DNA of 64,000 nt, taken from the NCBI RefSeq assembly GCF_006345805.1, contig NC_043005.1, positions 25,978,001-26,042,000 of the forward strand. The letters are read 5' to 3'. This document shows positions 13,226 to 26,557 of the stretch, one piece after another (the stretch's first letter is position 1; each line of letters begins with the position of its first letter). This DNA comes from Octopus sinensis. Lineage: Eukaryota. Under the pieces are notes generated by a model, which did no database searches, was not told the origin of the DNA, and saw only the letters and a program-made list of their open reading frames with translations. The position numbers and the translations under genes are program-made.

Positions 13226-13275
13226 TTTCCGATGAAGGGATATAATCAATAAATATCCTGGAAACAGCTGTAAGA
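13226..13275 (+). ncRNA. Hammerhead variant (U4C), CAGCUG family
   Basis: UUU-CCGAUGA-AGGGAUAU aaucaauaa AUAUCCUG-GAAA-CAGCUG-UA^AGA. Weak stem I; lies in a pyrimidine-rich LTR-like tract like 55870-56200. Confidence 0.55.
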
Positions 13276-14299
13276 CCTTCTATCTATAAATGTTCTAATA
13301 TCTACACAGCCTTGGTTTTTTTTTATCGTATTACGAAAAAAATTCTTATATATATACATACACATATATTAATCGATGCGCACAGTATTCTATGTCCATT
13401 ATGGCCGATTTTGCTAATGAATTTCTTACTAGCGGTTCAGCAGGATGCTACGTAACAGACCGTTTATGTTTTTCTGTAATTTTCTGCCAGTTAAAAATAT
13501 AAAAGACGCATATATACATATACGTGTGAGTATGTGCCTATGTCAATGCATATCGGTATGCGTGTGTGTGTTGTTGAAGATGGGTTTTTTTATTGCCTAA
13601 CTTTGAAGACCTTTGGTGGAAATCATGAACGCCGTGATCAGTACTTCAATCTTTCACTTGTTTCCGTAATACAAAATATTCCTAAATTGTATGAAGAATA
13701 TAATCTTGGACTTAGAAACAATAGATTTCTCAAAGACATGTTCCCATTTAGAAACAAAACACTATAACTTTCCCTCCATTTACTTATAGTCACTATTTTG
13801 CTTGCATCTGCTTCTTACGTTTGCCTCCACTTTACACATCCCAATACTGTATTATCTAAACGCCTTGAATTATCTAAATTAGTTATAATTTCTTTTCCTT
13901 CTCAGATAAAGAGTCAGTCCTGAAACGTCTAGTTCATCGTCTCTTTGTAGCATGACAATTAAAGGTGTTGGACAAGAATATACACGTGTTATCCTCAGAC
14001 AAACGTCTCTTTACATGTGGGTATTTACATACAGAGAGACTAGCCGGGAAAATAAGTACTCACTAATTTCAGGAGCGCTAATAAGAGAAGGACTGGCCCT
14101 CATTTATCGTCCAGTTTTCATCGAGCATTCAAGAAAAGTAGGGCTTTAGCTGTTTACAGAACATATTCAGTGAAATCAAGATTCACAAGGGATAAGCATT
14201 AGGAACAGATTAAGAACAAGAACTACTGACATGTAATTTCAGAAGTATGGAATTTTGCATCTTGCTAAGTAAAAATTTTGAGAGAAAACAAAGGCAACA

Positions 14300-14580
14300 T
14301 TGTATAATGTGCTAAAATAGCTACGGGATTCACAGAACATTCATTCAGAAATCGTCTGCAGCAAAAGAGTAGTTCAATCTGTTGCCTCTAAGAAAACAGC
14401 ACCAAACAAAATAAGGGCATCCAAATATCACATGGTAGTCCATAGATAATTGTCAAAGTATTGCAATCTATGTCTTGCAGAGAAATTGCATATCATCTGG
14501 TACACCACATAATCTTAAACAAAAGAAAATGTATTAAATATCAACTTCCCACTACATAGATAAATTCCTTTTTATAAGCA
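14300..14580 (+). pseudogene. Penelope-like GIY-YIG endonuclease C-terminal fragment
   Basis: (Y)GFTEHSFRNR, SKYCNLCLAEKLHII, LNKR; contains stops and frameshifts. Confidence 0.68.
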
Positions 14581-14885
14581 TTAATGCAGACCCTGCCTGT
14601 GCATAATTAGCAGAGCTTGATGTCATGGGCTAGTGGTTGCCGATCAAAGCTATCAGCCTTATGCTTTATGATAACTCATACGCTTCGTAATATTGTGAGA
14701 TTCATCGCGTTAAACATTTAGGTGTAGAATTGTAATACTTTATATTATAAAAACAAAAAATAATGATCTACACTTTCTAAGACGAGAGTGTATCGAGCGA
14801 TTTTTTCTTTTCTAAAGCCAAAAACAAAACAAAAAAATACAGCTTAAATGTATATGTCTGTGAGTGTATATACTTGTAATTATGT

Positions 14886-14928
<43 letters not shown>

Positions 14929-15047
14929 CATATATATATATGTTATATATATGTGTGTGTGTGGATGCCTCTGTGTGTGCGCGCGCTCTCACGTGTGCAT
15001 GTGTATGTAATTGTATATGCATATTTATATGCATAAATGTATGTATG

Positions 15048-15088
<41 letters not shown>

Positions 15089-15328
15089 TATAATATATAT
15101 ATATATATATGCATTTTGTATATGTGTGTGCGTTCGCGTGTGTGTTTTAGATACATATATCTGTGTGTATATATATATAATATATATATATATGCTATAC
15201 AAATAGATATTCGTGCATATATCTGTGTATATATATATATATGCTATATAGATATATATGAATGCATATATGCATATATCTGTATACATAAACTCACACA
15301 TTTATATTATATATAATATATATATATA

Positions 15329-15366
<38 letters not shown>

Positions 15367-16299
15367 TACAAATATATATACTTATATCTGAATGTTTGTG
15401 TGTGTTTGCGTTCAAAAGAACTGATTATTGACTCACGGTTTCCTTTATAACTTCTCTCAATAACAGCAGAACAAAATAACAAACTAGAAAACGGAAACCG
15501 ATTACAATATTCCTGAAATAAGACATTGGAAATAGAGAGTAAAAAAAGCACTGCACACACACCTTCACACACACACACACACACTATACATAATACATAC
15601 ATACATGCATGTGTACATACGCGCGTACATATAACTGTATATATATATATATAAATGTGTGTATATATGTGTATATATACATATATGCATATGTATACTG
15701 TTTATGTATACGTGTATATGTTCACAGAACATACAATAACAACAACAGCAAAAACAACAACAACACGCGGAGGAGATTAGAGCAAAAGAACAAACGGGTG
15801 AATTTATGAATAATGAATGAGAAAAAGAAAATGAATGGAGGAATAATGTTGAGAATAGCGAAATGGAAATATCTGGTGGAAGTGTTGAAAGAGAAGTCTA
15901 TGAGATGGCGAAATGGAGCGATAACACAATAAAGGCTTTTTGAGTGAATAGAAGATACTTTATCTAGAAGGTGCGCGTTTCTCATCTGTGTGTGAGATTG
16001 ATTTCATGTGTGTGCGTATGAGTATTTAGGCAAGTGTGTCTCTTTCAATATACTCAAGCAAATGGACATTATGTATGTATGAATGTATGTATGTATGTAT
16101 GTATGTATGCATGTATGTATGTATGTATGTATTTATACAGGCATATATATGTATGTAAATGTATGATGAACACGTATATATATATACATACATGCTTTAC
16201 GTATACATGTACGTATATGTATTATCATTTATTAACTATATACACGTATATATGCATAAATACGGAAGTGTCTATATACATACATTTGTGTGTATAGAT

Positions 16300-16730
<431 letters not shown>

Positions 16731-16912
16731 TGGCTGGATTGATGGATGGACATGTGGATACAGCGAGGCTGAATATGATGCACACTGTACCTATAAATTC
16801 ATTAGTATAATACATTGTATTTTCAAATGGAGGAGATAATTTGAGACTTTTAGAGAGATATGTGTACACGCACACACATATAAATATACGTATATGTATA
16901 TGTGTATATATG

Positions 16913-16988
<76 letters not shown>

Positions 16989-17365
16989 ATATAGATGAGT
17001 ATTTATATATGCATGTATGTTTATATACCAATGTATGTATGTGTGTGTGTTTATGTGTATAATTTCTTATATAAACACCTCGATATAGTATTTATTTTCC
17101 CACTATCAATGTAACACAATAAATATCACCGTATTGAAATATCAAGCAAATAGATGAACACGTAAGTACCTATCTTAAAAGCGTACATGCATAATTGAAT
17201 GCATACGCAGGGCCTCAACTAGCAGATACATTGCTACGTAAACTAGTCTTACTTGCTTGTGTGCGTTTGTGCGTATCCAGGCCTTAAGTGACTAACTAGC
17301 AGGGTAAACTGATAAACATGTTTATATAGGGAGAATATGTGCGCGTATATGTGTCTTTGTGTGCA

Positions 17366-17413
<48 letters not shown>

Positions 17414-17624
17414 GTTGGCTGTGGGGGTGTTCATGGATATATTCACAAGTTTAATGCGATAATATTTGACTCGTAATCTCTTCTGCCTCTTCTGCTTATT
17501 CATATCAACCAACGCATATAAACACAGGTTATACATATCTACATACATATATGTATATGTGAGGATTTGCATCCCCAACGTAGAATTTATGATGTAATAC
17601 ATGTCCTTGAAGTAGTAATTGTGC

Positions 17625-17702
17625 GCGGCTGAAGAAGGCCATAGACACACATTATGCATTGTTATAAATCCGTCTAATAAAGGCCCGAAACATATGTACC
17701 GC
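17625..17702 (+). ncRNA. Hammerhead ribozyme with CAUAUG palindromic stem III
   Basis: GCGG-CUGAAGA-A GGCC A UAGAC...GUCUA AUAAA GGCC C-GAAA-CAUAUG-UA^CCGC. Intact core, GC-rich 4-bp stem I. Confidence 0.8.
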
Positions 17703-17736
17703 TGAATCCTTGGCATCGTGTTTTTTATTTTGATTA

Positions 17737-17767
<31 letters not shown>

Positions 17768-17807
17768 AAGAAAGAGAGATACACACACATACATATATAC
17801 ATACATA

Positions 17808-18240
17808 TATATGCAGAGATATGCACACATACACACATACATAAATACATACATACATACATACATACATACATACATACATACATACATACATACGTAC
17901 ATGCATACATATATATACATACATATATATGGAGAGAGAGGCACACATACATGCTTACATACGTACATACATACATATATACATACATACATACATACAT
18001 ACATACATGCATACATATATACATACATACATATGCAGAGAGATGCACACATACATGCTTACATACGTACATACATACATATATACATACATACATACAT
18101 ACATACATGCATACATATATACATACATACATATATATGCAGAGAGATGCACACATACATGCTTACATACGTACATACATACGTACAAATATACATACAT
18201 ACATGCATGCATACATTCATACATACATACATATATATAC
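17808..18240. repeat. ~103-bp minisatellite built from (CATA)n
   Basis: Anchor atatgcagagagatgcacacatacatgcttac recurs, with variation, near 17808, 17928, 18031 and 18134. Confidence 0.85.
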
Positions 18241-18669
18241 ATAATCTTTGTGTCGGACAACGCTTAATACGTTTTCTGTCGTTCCTGTGATGGTAATTTA
18301 TATTATAACATCACAGCAACGTGATGAACTACTGTCCCACTGTCATTTTCCTACATTACCTTCCTCCTATCCTGGTTTCCTTCCTTCTTTCCATCCTCCC
18401 CCCCCCCCCGTCTGCCTTCTATGAGTTCTCAACTTTTGATGGAGTTGTAAGGTTACAGCCATGAAAAAATAATAGTCATTTCTTGGACATACTATACATC
18501 TCGGAGATAATTTCTCTCTGTGTTATATATATATATACAAAACTCTCTAAGGTGGTGCCCCAGTATGGCCGCAGTTCTAGTGAGTGAAAGAAAACATAAA
18601 CGGTTCTAGTGCCATAATTTTGCTGCTCTGGTCTCATACCTGCGCCATAGCAGTTGCTATTTTGCACAA

Positions 18670-18946
18670 ACATTTTATTTACATTTGATTGATATTTGTC
18701 CTCCTCTTGTTTGTTGTCAACACAACGTCTCTGCTGATATACCCTCAGGCCTTCATCAGGTGTGTTAGGGAAATTTCGAACCTGGGTTCTCATTCCGAAG
18801 TTATTTTTCGAAGTTGTTATTATTATTATTGTTATTATTATTGTTATTATTATGATAATTATTATTATTATTCAAGTCACTGCCTGGAATCGAACTCGGA
18901 ATCTTGGGGTGTGTAGTCCGCGCTCTTAACCACTACGCCATATGCC
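18670..18946 (-). mobile_element. tRNA-headed SINE-like element with (AAT)n spacer and hammerhead motif
   Basis: Minus strand: GGCATATGGCGTAGTGG (A box)...GAGTTCGATTCC (B box), (AAT)n, then ACAC-CUGAUGA-A GGCCUG..CAGCA-GAGAC-GUU^GUGU at 18720-18763. Confidence 0.75.
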
Positions 18947-18962
18947 TGCGGCATATAGGTAG

Positions 18963-19108
18963 TTAGGAATGAGAACCCAGGCTCGAACTTTCCCTAAGAC
19001 ACCGGATGAAGACTGGAGGATTATCAACCGAAACGTGTTAAGAAATGTAGATAATGTAAATAAGTACATAACTCCTCATCTTTTCAATATAGAACTGTAT
19101 TATTTTAG
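18963..19108 (+). mobile_element. Inverted second copy of the hammerhead-bearing SINE body
   Basis: ggaatgagaacccagg.tcgaa.tttccctaa.acac matches the minus copy. Core CGGAUGA..GAAACGU; retains the 3' tail. Confidence 0.78.
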
Positions 19109-19525
19109 ATATAGTTGCTGCAATGCACCCAAATCTGACGCAGTGCAATTGTTGTTAAACACAAACAACTTGGCCGGAAAGTAATTAAATAAAGATATTT
19201 AACGCGGACACAAACTGAAGTGAAAGCAATGAATTCAGAATCCGGCAGAGGCTTCATTTTCACGAAATCAAAGTGTTAAAATATTGCGAAGACAAAGACT
19301 AAAGTTAATGTAATGACGCGAAAAAACATGACTTAAAACACAGAAGTCATTTTGCCCCTCTCTTCTACCGCGATTCTGCAATCAATAAATTTGTGAACAA
19401 AGTAAAGGTCAGTTAAACCGGCCTCAGCATAAGCATGATGGCTATGTACGGGATGTGTTCCAGAAGTTTTGATACTCTTTTTTGGAGACAGTGCGAGGTT
19501 ATTGTAATTTTAGTCTATCAAATAA

Positions 19526-20120
19526 AGGCGACGAGCTGGCAGAAAATTTAGCACGCCAGGCGAAATGCTTAGCGGTATTTCGTCTGCCATTACGTTCTGA
19601 GTTCAAATTCCGCCGAGGTCGACTTTGCCTTTCATCCTTTCGGGGTCGATAATTAAGTACCAGTTACGCACTGGAGTCGATGTAATCGACTTAATCCCTT
19701 TGTCTGTCCTTGTTTGTCCCCTCTGTGTTTAGCCCCTTGTGGGTAGTAAAGAAATAGGTATTTCGTCTGTCATTACGTTCTCAGTTCAAATTCCACCGAG
19801 GTCGACTTTGCCTTTCATCCTTTCGGGGTCGATGAATTATGTAACAATTGCGTACTGGAGTCGATCTAAACGACTGGCCCCTCTCCAAATATTTCGGGCC
19901 TTGTGCCTATAGTAGACAAGAATCATTAGCGCGCCGGACGAAATGCTCAACGGTATTTCACCCGTCGCTACGTTCTGAATTTATATTCCGCCGAGGTCGA
20001 TTTTACCTTTCATCCTCTCGGGGTCGATAAATTAAGTACCAGCGAAGCACTGGTGTCAATGTAATTGACTAGTCCCATCCCCCCAAATATTAGGCTTTGT
20101 GCCTTCAGTAGAAAAGATTA
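19526..20120 (+). mobile_element. Tandem trimer of family-A SINEs
   Basis: Three gccgaggtcga(c/t)ttt cores with two alternative tails. Confidence 0.85.
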
Positions 20121-20139
20121 TTAAACATCAAATAAGTTG

Positions 20140-20885
20140 AGTTGCCAACTCTTGATATTCCTGATTGAAGGTTGCCGCTGCAACATCACTTTCAACACAC
20201 CTTACTAATCACTGCTTGTCGCAGGTCAGCAGTTTACAGACGGCAGTTAGGATGTGAAGGCAATTTGGAAGCACTCAAAACAATCACGTTTTGCGTAAAG
20301 CTTGTTAAAACGTCACAGAAACTTGTGAAATGCTCCAGATTTCTTACAGATGAACTTGAATGAACCCAGTATCTGATTTTCACTGGCACAAAAGACAAAA
20401 CTAAAACACGTTTAATGGGAAGGTCATGAAGATCTCCTTATCCGACAGCAAGGGTATAATCTAGATCCACTGGGTTCCAGCTGCCCATACGATAAACAAA
20501 GAATGCTTTGTGGAGGTTTTGAAGGAACTGAGGAAGAGATTTCGTCACGAAAGTCCAGAACAACAGCACCGGGACAATGTCGTGGTCCACAATTCCATCC
20601 TCACTCTCCCTATAGTATAGATCTTGTTCCCTAAGCTGAAGGAGAATTTGAAGAAGGTTGTAACAAGGGTCTTGGACCCCTTCACTGAGGAAGATCTCCA
20701 TGGGGCCTTCACGAAGTGGCTGCAGTGCTACATGAAATCAGAGGTTTCTACTTCGAAGGAGATTACAGTTTTACGCTTCTTTGAAATTAATAAATGTCTG
20801 CTGAAAAATCTCTCAAGCTTCCTGGAATACACCTTGCATTTTTTTCAATTCCGAGATAAACAAAAATCAATTTGACCACTCTGTA
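20140..20885 (+). mobile_element. Degenerate mariner transposon
   Basis: LEALKTITFCVKL, IHWVP.(G)HTINKECFVEVLKELRKRF, H(Q)DN, PYS.DL, LFPKLKENLK; multiple lesions. Confidence 0.8.
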
Positions 20886-21299
20886 TTAGAACTCGAGACA
20901 ATGAACTACAAAACTAGCATTTTTTTTTTCCTTCCTGACAGACAACAAATTTTTACACTTCCGGGTTTTGCAAAACAATGTCAACAACAGCTGCACGTAG
21001 CTGGAAGCATCCTTTTGCTTTTATATATTTTTTTCAAAATTTTCAAATATATTTTTCTCATTTCGATCTTAATATATTCCTATACTTAGCATAAAACTAT
21101 TTACATTACATTCCTCAGCTTCACTTATAAAAGATCTTTATTGACTTCTTTTTGTCCTGTTATATTTCAAAATGCTTTGGGTGGGGGTAAAGTGCCAGGA
21201 GGTGAGGTGCAGAGTAACTTTTGTAGTTGCTGTTGTTATTGCCGTCATTGTTGTCGTTAATGTTGGTGTTTCTTGCATTCCTTATGTTATCGATTTTGA

Positions 21300-21362
<63 letters not shown>

Positions 21363-21526
21363 CATTGTAGAATAGTTATTGTTTGGTGTTTGATTTCTTT
21401 TTATGTTTTTTTAATCGTTTTTCACATCTTTATTATGTTCTATTCCTGAAAATTATATGTAAATTAAACTTAGCTATATTTTTACTTTCTTTCAGAAAAA
21501 TTATAAAGATAATAATAATAATAATG

Positions 21527-21577
<51 letters not shown>

Positions 21578-21829
21578 TAATAATAATAATAATGGCGTCG
21601 GTGATGATATAGAATTTGTGGCGCTGACAGTGGTTATGCTGATAGTGATGTTAGTGATGTTGCTCATAGTAAAGCCGATGGCGACGATGGGGACGATGAC
21701 GACGACAACGATGATGATGTTGATGCTGCAGCTGCTGCTGACGATGATGATGATGGTGGGAATGGGGTGAGGGTGAAGGTGGTGCTAGAAGTGATAAAAA
21801 ATTTGAAAAATAATATAATAGTAAAATGC

Positions 21830-21863
<34 letters not shown>

Positions 21864-21942
21864 GGTGGTGGTGGTGGTGGTGGTGGTGGTGGTGGTGGTG
21901 GTTTTTGTTGTTGTTGTTGTTGTTATTGTTGTTGTTGTTGCG

Positions 21943-22113
21943 GTATTTCTTCCGTCCCTTTACGTTCTGAGTTCAAAATTCTGCTGAGCTCGACTTGCGC
22001 TTCCGTCCTTTCGCGTTCGCTAAAACAAGTACCAGTTGAGTACTGGAGCCGATCTAGTTCGCTTACCACTCATTTCTAAAATTGCTTGCCTTGTGTTATT
22101 AACATTCGAAATC
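21943..22113 (+). mobile_element. Family-A SINE, 5'-truncated
   Basis: ttacgttctgagttcaaa...aagtaccagttgagtactggagccgatc. Confidence 0.75.
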
Positions 22114-22114
22114 A

Positions 22115-22446
22115 TGAGTCGGCGAAGTGGCAGGATCGCTTCCGTGCCCAGGGAAACGCATATCGGCATCTCTTCCAGCTTAAGGCTCCGAATTCAGATG
22201 TCACCCATGTCGAGTGTGCCTTTCACACGTTTGAGTTTGAGCTTCTTTGGCACCTTCTCCAAAAGTTTAGGCTCTGTGCTTATAGTAAAAAGAATCATTG
22301 GCCAGCCCCTAATGAACTTCTTCAAGTTTCACTTGGGAAAGAAAACAAGGGCAGAACGGGTAATGTTTTCTTCGGGCCAGTTTGATGAAAGATGGATGAA
22401 AGTGGCGAGAATGATGCGAGTGAACGGGTCTGCTCTGAGCATATGC
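22115..22446 (-). pseudogene. Candidate coding exon with two in-frame TGA codons (protein not recognised)
   Basis: Strong acceptor (tttccttcttttttctactacag). Balanced GC; a ~110-codon frame broken only by TGA at 22329-31 and 22194-96; the antisense frame is open. Confidence 0.3.
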
Positions 22447-22789
22447 CTGTAGTAGAAAAAAGAAGGAAAGGAAACAAGGTACTTGCCCCAAAAGTCAATG
22501 TACACAAGGATTTTTATGGAGTTTTTCCATGAGTAGCCCTCGAACATCTCCCTATTGAGAGTAACATATTCATTTCTTTCTTTATAATTGTTATAGTCTT
22601 GTTTACACGCAAGGCCCTCAATACAACACACACTCACACACGTATACACACACATTCTTTCTTTTGTTCTGTACTGTCCATAATGTTTTCCTTAATGTAA
22701 ACACTTGTGGTTAATAAAAAATCATAATAATAATAATAATGATAATGATAATAATATTACCATCATTATTATTATTATTATTATTATTA

Positions 22790-22846
<57 letters not shown>

Positions 22847-22882
22847 CAATATCGTATACAATATACAATATACAGTATACAA

Positions 22883-23400
22883 TATCGTGAGGTTGTTGAT
22901 TGAAGATATTCTATCTACCGGGGGTTTGTACTGTTTGTCAAATCACAACAAAGACCTCAGACAGACAGTACTTGACGCAATATGCGTGCAGTTCTAAGTA
23001 ATGCCGACTATTGCAATACATCTAGATTGTAGTGTGTCTCTAAAGTCTTCAGATGTTTTTTTTTTTTCAGATTGGATGGTATTGAACCCAATGCTCCGAT
23101 GACAATAGGGACAATCTTTATGTTTGATTCTCGTAGCTGCCATATCTTAGTGATCTCAATTTTCAGGCCTCCATAGTTATCGACTTTTCCTCTTACTTTC
23201 TTATGTTGATCTCCTGGCACTATTAAGTCGATTATTAAGCTCTCGTGTTTGTCCCTCCTAAAGGTTACTATATCCGCCCTTCGGTGCTCTAACAGATTGT
23301 CTGCCTGGAAATCAAAGTCCCAGAGGAGTTTTGTCTTCCCCTTTTCGTCCTTTACATTTTCCGGTGTATTTTGGTATCAAGCACCCGTAACCTCATATCC
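22883..23400 (-). mobile_element. RLE-type non-LTR retrotransposon 3' fragment in (TAA)n
   Basis: KLLWDFDFQADNLLEHRRADIV...IIDLIVPGD...KIVPIVIGALG...LGTAHILRQVLS*, plus 3' UTR. Confidence 0.87.
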
Positions 23401-23425
23401 TATTATTATTATTATTATTGTTCTT

Positions 23426-23625
23426 AAGGCGGTGAGATGGCAGAATTGTTAGCATGCCGGGCGAAATGCTTAGCGGTATTTCGTCTGTCGTTACGTTCAG
23501 AGTTCAAATTCCACTGAGGTCAAATTTACATTTCATCCTTTCGTGGTCGATAAAGTAAGTACCAGTTACGCACTGGAGTCGATGTAATAGACTTAATCGC
23601 TTCCTCACAAATTTCAAGCCTTGTG
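23426..23625 (+). mobile_element. Family-A SINE
   Basis: Full head and core. Confidence 0.85.
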
Positions 23626-23639
23626 CTCCTCATACTCAT

Positions 23640-23675
23640 GCTCGTCATCATCATCATCATCATAATCATCATCAA

Positions 23676-23716
<41 letters not shown>

Positions 23717-24080
23717 CTGCCATCATCATCATCATCATCTTCATCATGATTATCATTATCATTATCGGCATCATCATTTTCGTCGTCGTCACCATCTTCA
23801 TCATCATTATCATCACCATCATCATCCTCATATCATAATCGTCATCATTATCATCATCGTCATCGTCATCATCATCATCATCATCATCACCATCACTGTC
23901 ATCATCATCATCATCCTCATATCATCATCATCATCATCATCATCTTCGTCGTCGTCGTCACCATGTTCATCATCATCACCATCCTCATATCATCATCATC
24001 GCCGTCGTCGTCATCATCATCATCATTGTTGTCGTCGTCGTCTTCATCATCATCATCATCATCGTCGTCATCATCATTGA
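23640..24080. repeat. (CAT)n/(CGT)n triplet array
   Basis: Direct inspection. Confidence 0.95.
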
Positions 24081-24339
24081 CTTCCTCAGCATCACTATCA
24101 GTATCAAGAAAAATTTCAAGAAAGCCATAGAAAGTAGTTCAGAATGGCTACCTTCAGGCTACACGAACAAAACGAGACAGGTAAACATTATTAGGAAACA
24201 CCTGCATAGTGTACAGAATTTTCACACAGAAGCATTCCTCGAAGTCGGGCGCAATGCGAGAACAAACACACAGACGACATACAAATAAAAATAATCATTC
24301 AGCTGATGACATTTATGTAATTATGTATATGTGTATGTA

Positions 24340-24992
24340 CGAGGGGAAGTCAAAAATTATCTTTATTATTGTCACACTGCCTTCTGCGCATGCTTGCTTA
24401 TAGTTGGTACTATTGTGCCAAAGGCGGCGAGATGGGAGAAACGTTAGCACGCCGGGCGAAGTGCCTAGCCGTATTTCGTCTGCTGTTACGTTCTGAGTTC
24501 AAATTCCGCCGAGGTTGACTTTGCCTTTCATCCTTTCGGGGTCGATTAAATAAGTACCAGTTACGCACTGGGGTCGATATAATCGACTTAATCCGCGTTT
24601 CTGTCCTTGTTTGTCCCCTCTGTGTTTAGCCCCTTGTGGGTGGTAAAGAAAAGGGTACTATTGTGCCCACGTGATCGAAGTTTGAGCCTGATCGCGCCCT
24701 TTTTTCCTTCTGGCTTTATAGAGTAAGCATGGCCGCTCCACAAGCAATGTGCACCAAAGAAGAACGAAAAGCAGTGATCCGATCAACAGTGTACAGTCGA
24801 CAGTGCATAAATGGTTGCACAACCGATCCGAACACCTTCTTCTTGGAGAGAATACACAAGCTTCTGGACCGCTGGACCAAGTGCATTGAAAAGGTTGGAG
24901 ACTATATAGAAAAATGACGTTCTCGTTTATCCCCTGCTTTTGTGTAAATACATTGGAATAAAAGAGTACGGATAATTTTTGACTCTCCCTCG
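24340..24992 (+). mobile_element. Internally deleted mariner with both TIRs and TA target site
   Basis: TA|cgaggggaagtcaaaaattatc ... gataatttttgactctccctcg|TA. N-terminus MAAPQAMCTKEERKAVIR is joined to C-terminus IHKLLDRWTKCIEKVGDYIEK*. Confidence 0.92.
24420..24653 (+). mobile_element. Family-A SINE with 14-bp target-site duplication
   Basis: ggtactattgtgcc at 24406-24419 and 24654-24667. Confidence 0.93.
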
Positions 24993-25519
24993 TATATTAT
25001 TTTTTGACAAAGCCGTGGGGAAAGTAACTCTTCTAGGTGAAAGATATTCTGATATAAAACTTGCAATTAAAACAGTACCAGTCGTCTTGTAATGCTTGTT
25101 ACTGGAACCTACAATGGCGACCGGGAGTTTGGCAAACGTGTTGCACAAGCTCTTATCACTTAAATCCAATAATGTACAGATGTCGCACTATCATTTTTGA
25201 ATGTGAGAAGGTTATCACCTGACAAGATGAGGTAATCATGCATGCATATAAGCATGCATGCATGTATGTCATTATTCAGTTTATTTCAAGATTTCTTGCC
25301 AATAGAGAAAGAGACGGTTTCACACATAGATCCAAGGTTCCTTCATTAGAATTCCAACATCAACAACAAGGTATTTTTGTTTTATATATATGCATGTATG
25401 TATGTATGTATGTATGTATGTATGTATGTATGTATGTATGTATGTGCAGATTTTCATGTTTAATGTAAGTATTCTCATGCATATAGCTACATATCTAGGT
25501 GTGCTCATATATATTTAAA

Positions 25520-25920
25520 TGATAAACTGGAAAGTTTTACAGATTTTTATGATTCCAATGACGGATTAGATCTGTAGTCTTTCTGGTTTTAAGATGCCTA
25601 ATTTCTCAAGATTGGTATTTAGGCATTTCTCAGGGTCCCAGTAATTACAGGTATAAACCTGAATTTGTAATCTAGATAGAGTAACTGCAGATTGTAACTG
25701 CAGATTTCACAATAGTTCAGTATAGGTGTTCTATTTTTAATTTACCATCCGCTGGACAGCTAATTTCCACAATTGTGCAGTTTCTCTTCTCTATCCCAAA
25801 TCATTATATCAGGTCAGTTGTACTTACGTTTTATTGAGGTCTTCACTGGGACATTTCACTAGTATTCCTTTTCATTATAAATGGATATGGCTTCTACCAT
25901 ATTATGGGTTATTTCTTTGT
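25520..25920 (-). mobile_element. Degenerate RLE-type LINE fragment
   Basis: PDIMIWDREEK(L)..IVEISCPAD: PD-(D/E) nuclease motif with frameshifts. Confidence 0.62.
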
Positions 25921-26404
25921 CCTCGAAATTATATTTCCGACGGATTTCATTAGAGTGTCCTGGCTACAACCTCATGTATGTATGTATGTATGTATGTATG
26001 TATGTATGTATGTATGTATGTATGTGTGTATGTATGTAAAGCTGAATGGTAAAAAAGGACGTTTCAAAATCACAAGATACCGGGTTCAATCCAACCGTGT
26101 AACGCAGTAAGCAAATATCACTTTTTATAGCCTCAGGTAGATTCATACAACGTTAATGGTATTAGAAGGGAACTGAATTGAAGCCTCGCTCTAAGATTGT
26201 AATATAAAGGTACAATCTAAGTGTACCTGTAATATAAATTGTGGTACACAAACGGTGGGTCACGCTGAGTACACTTGAAAATTACATTGATGGTACACAC
26301 GCCTGCGTAGTTCTCAGTTAATGGGCACCATATCAAAAGCAGGCCATTCAGCTTATCCTGAAACATGTATGTATATGTGTGATGTATGTATGTATGTATG
26401 TATG

Positions 26405-26438
<34 letters not shown>

Positions 26439-26557
26439 TGTATGTATGTATGTATGTATGTATGTATGCACAAAGGGTGAAAATCACATGCTAATGATAG
26501 CGCCTACACAAGGCCTACCAACAATAATGGAGTACCAACACACGTCAATGCCAATTC

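Noticed and set aside
13895-13935. cagataa..gaaacgtctag hammerhead-like remnant
   Set aside because: Two core changes and no stem I or II; too decayed to call.
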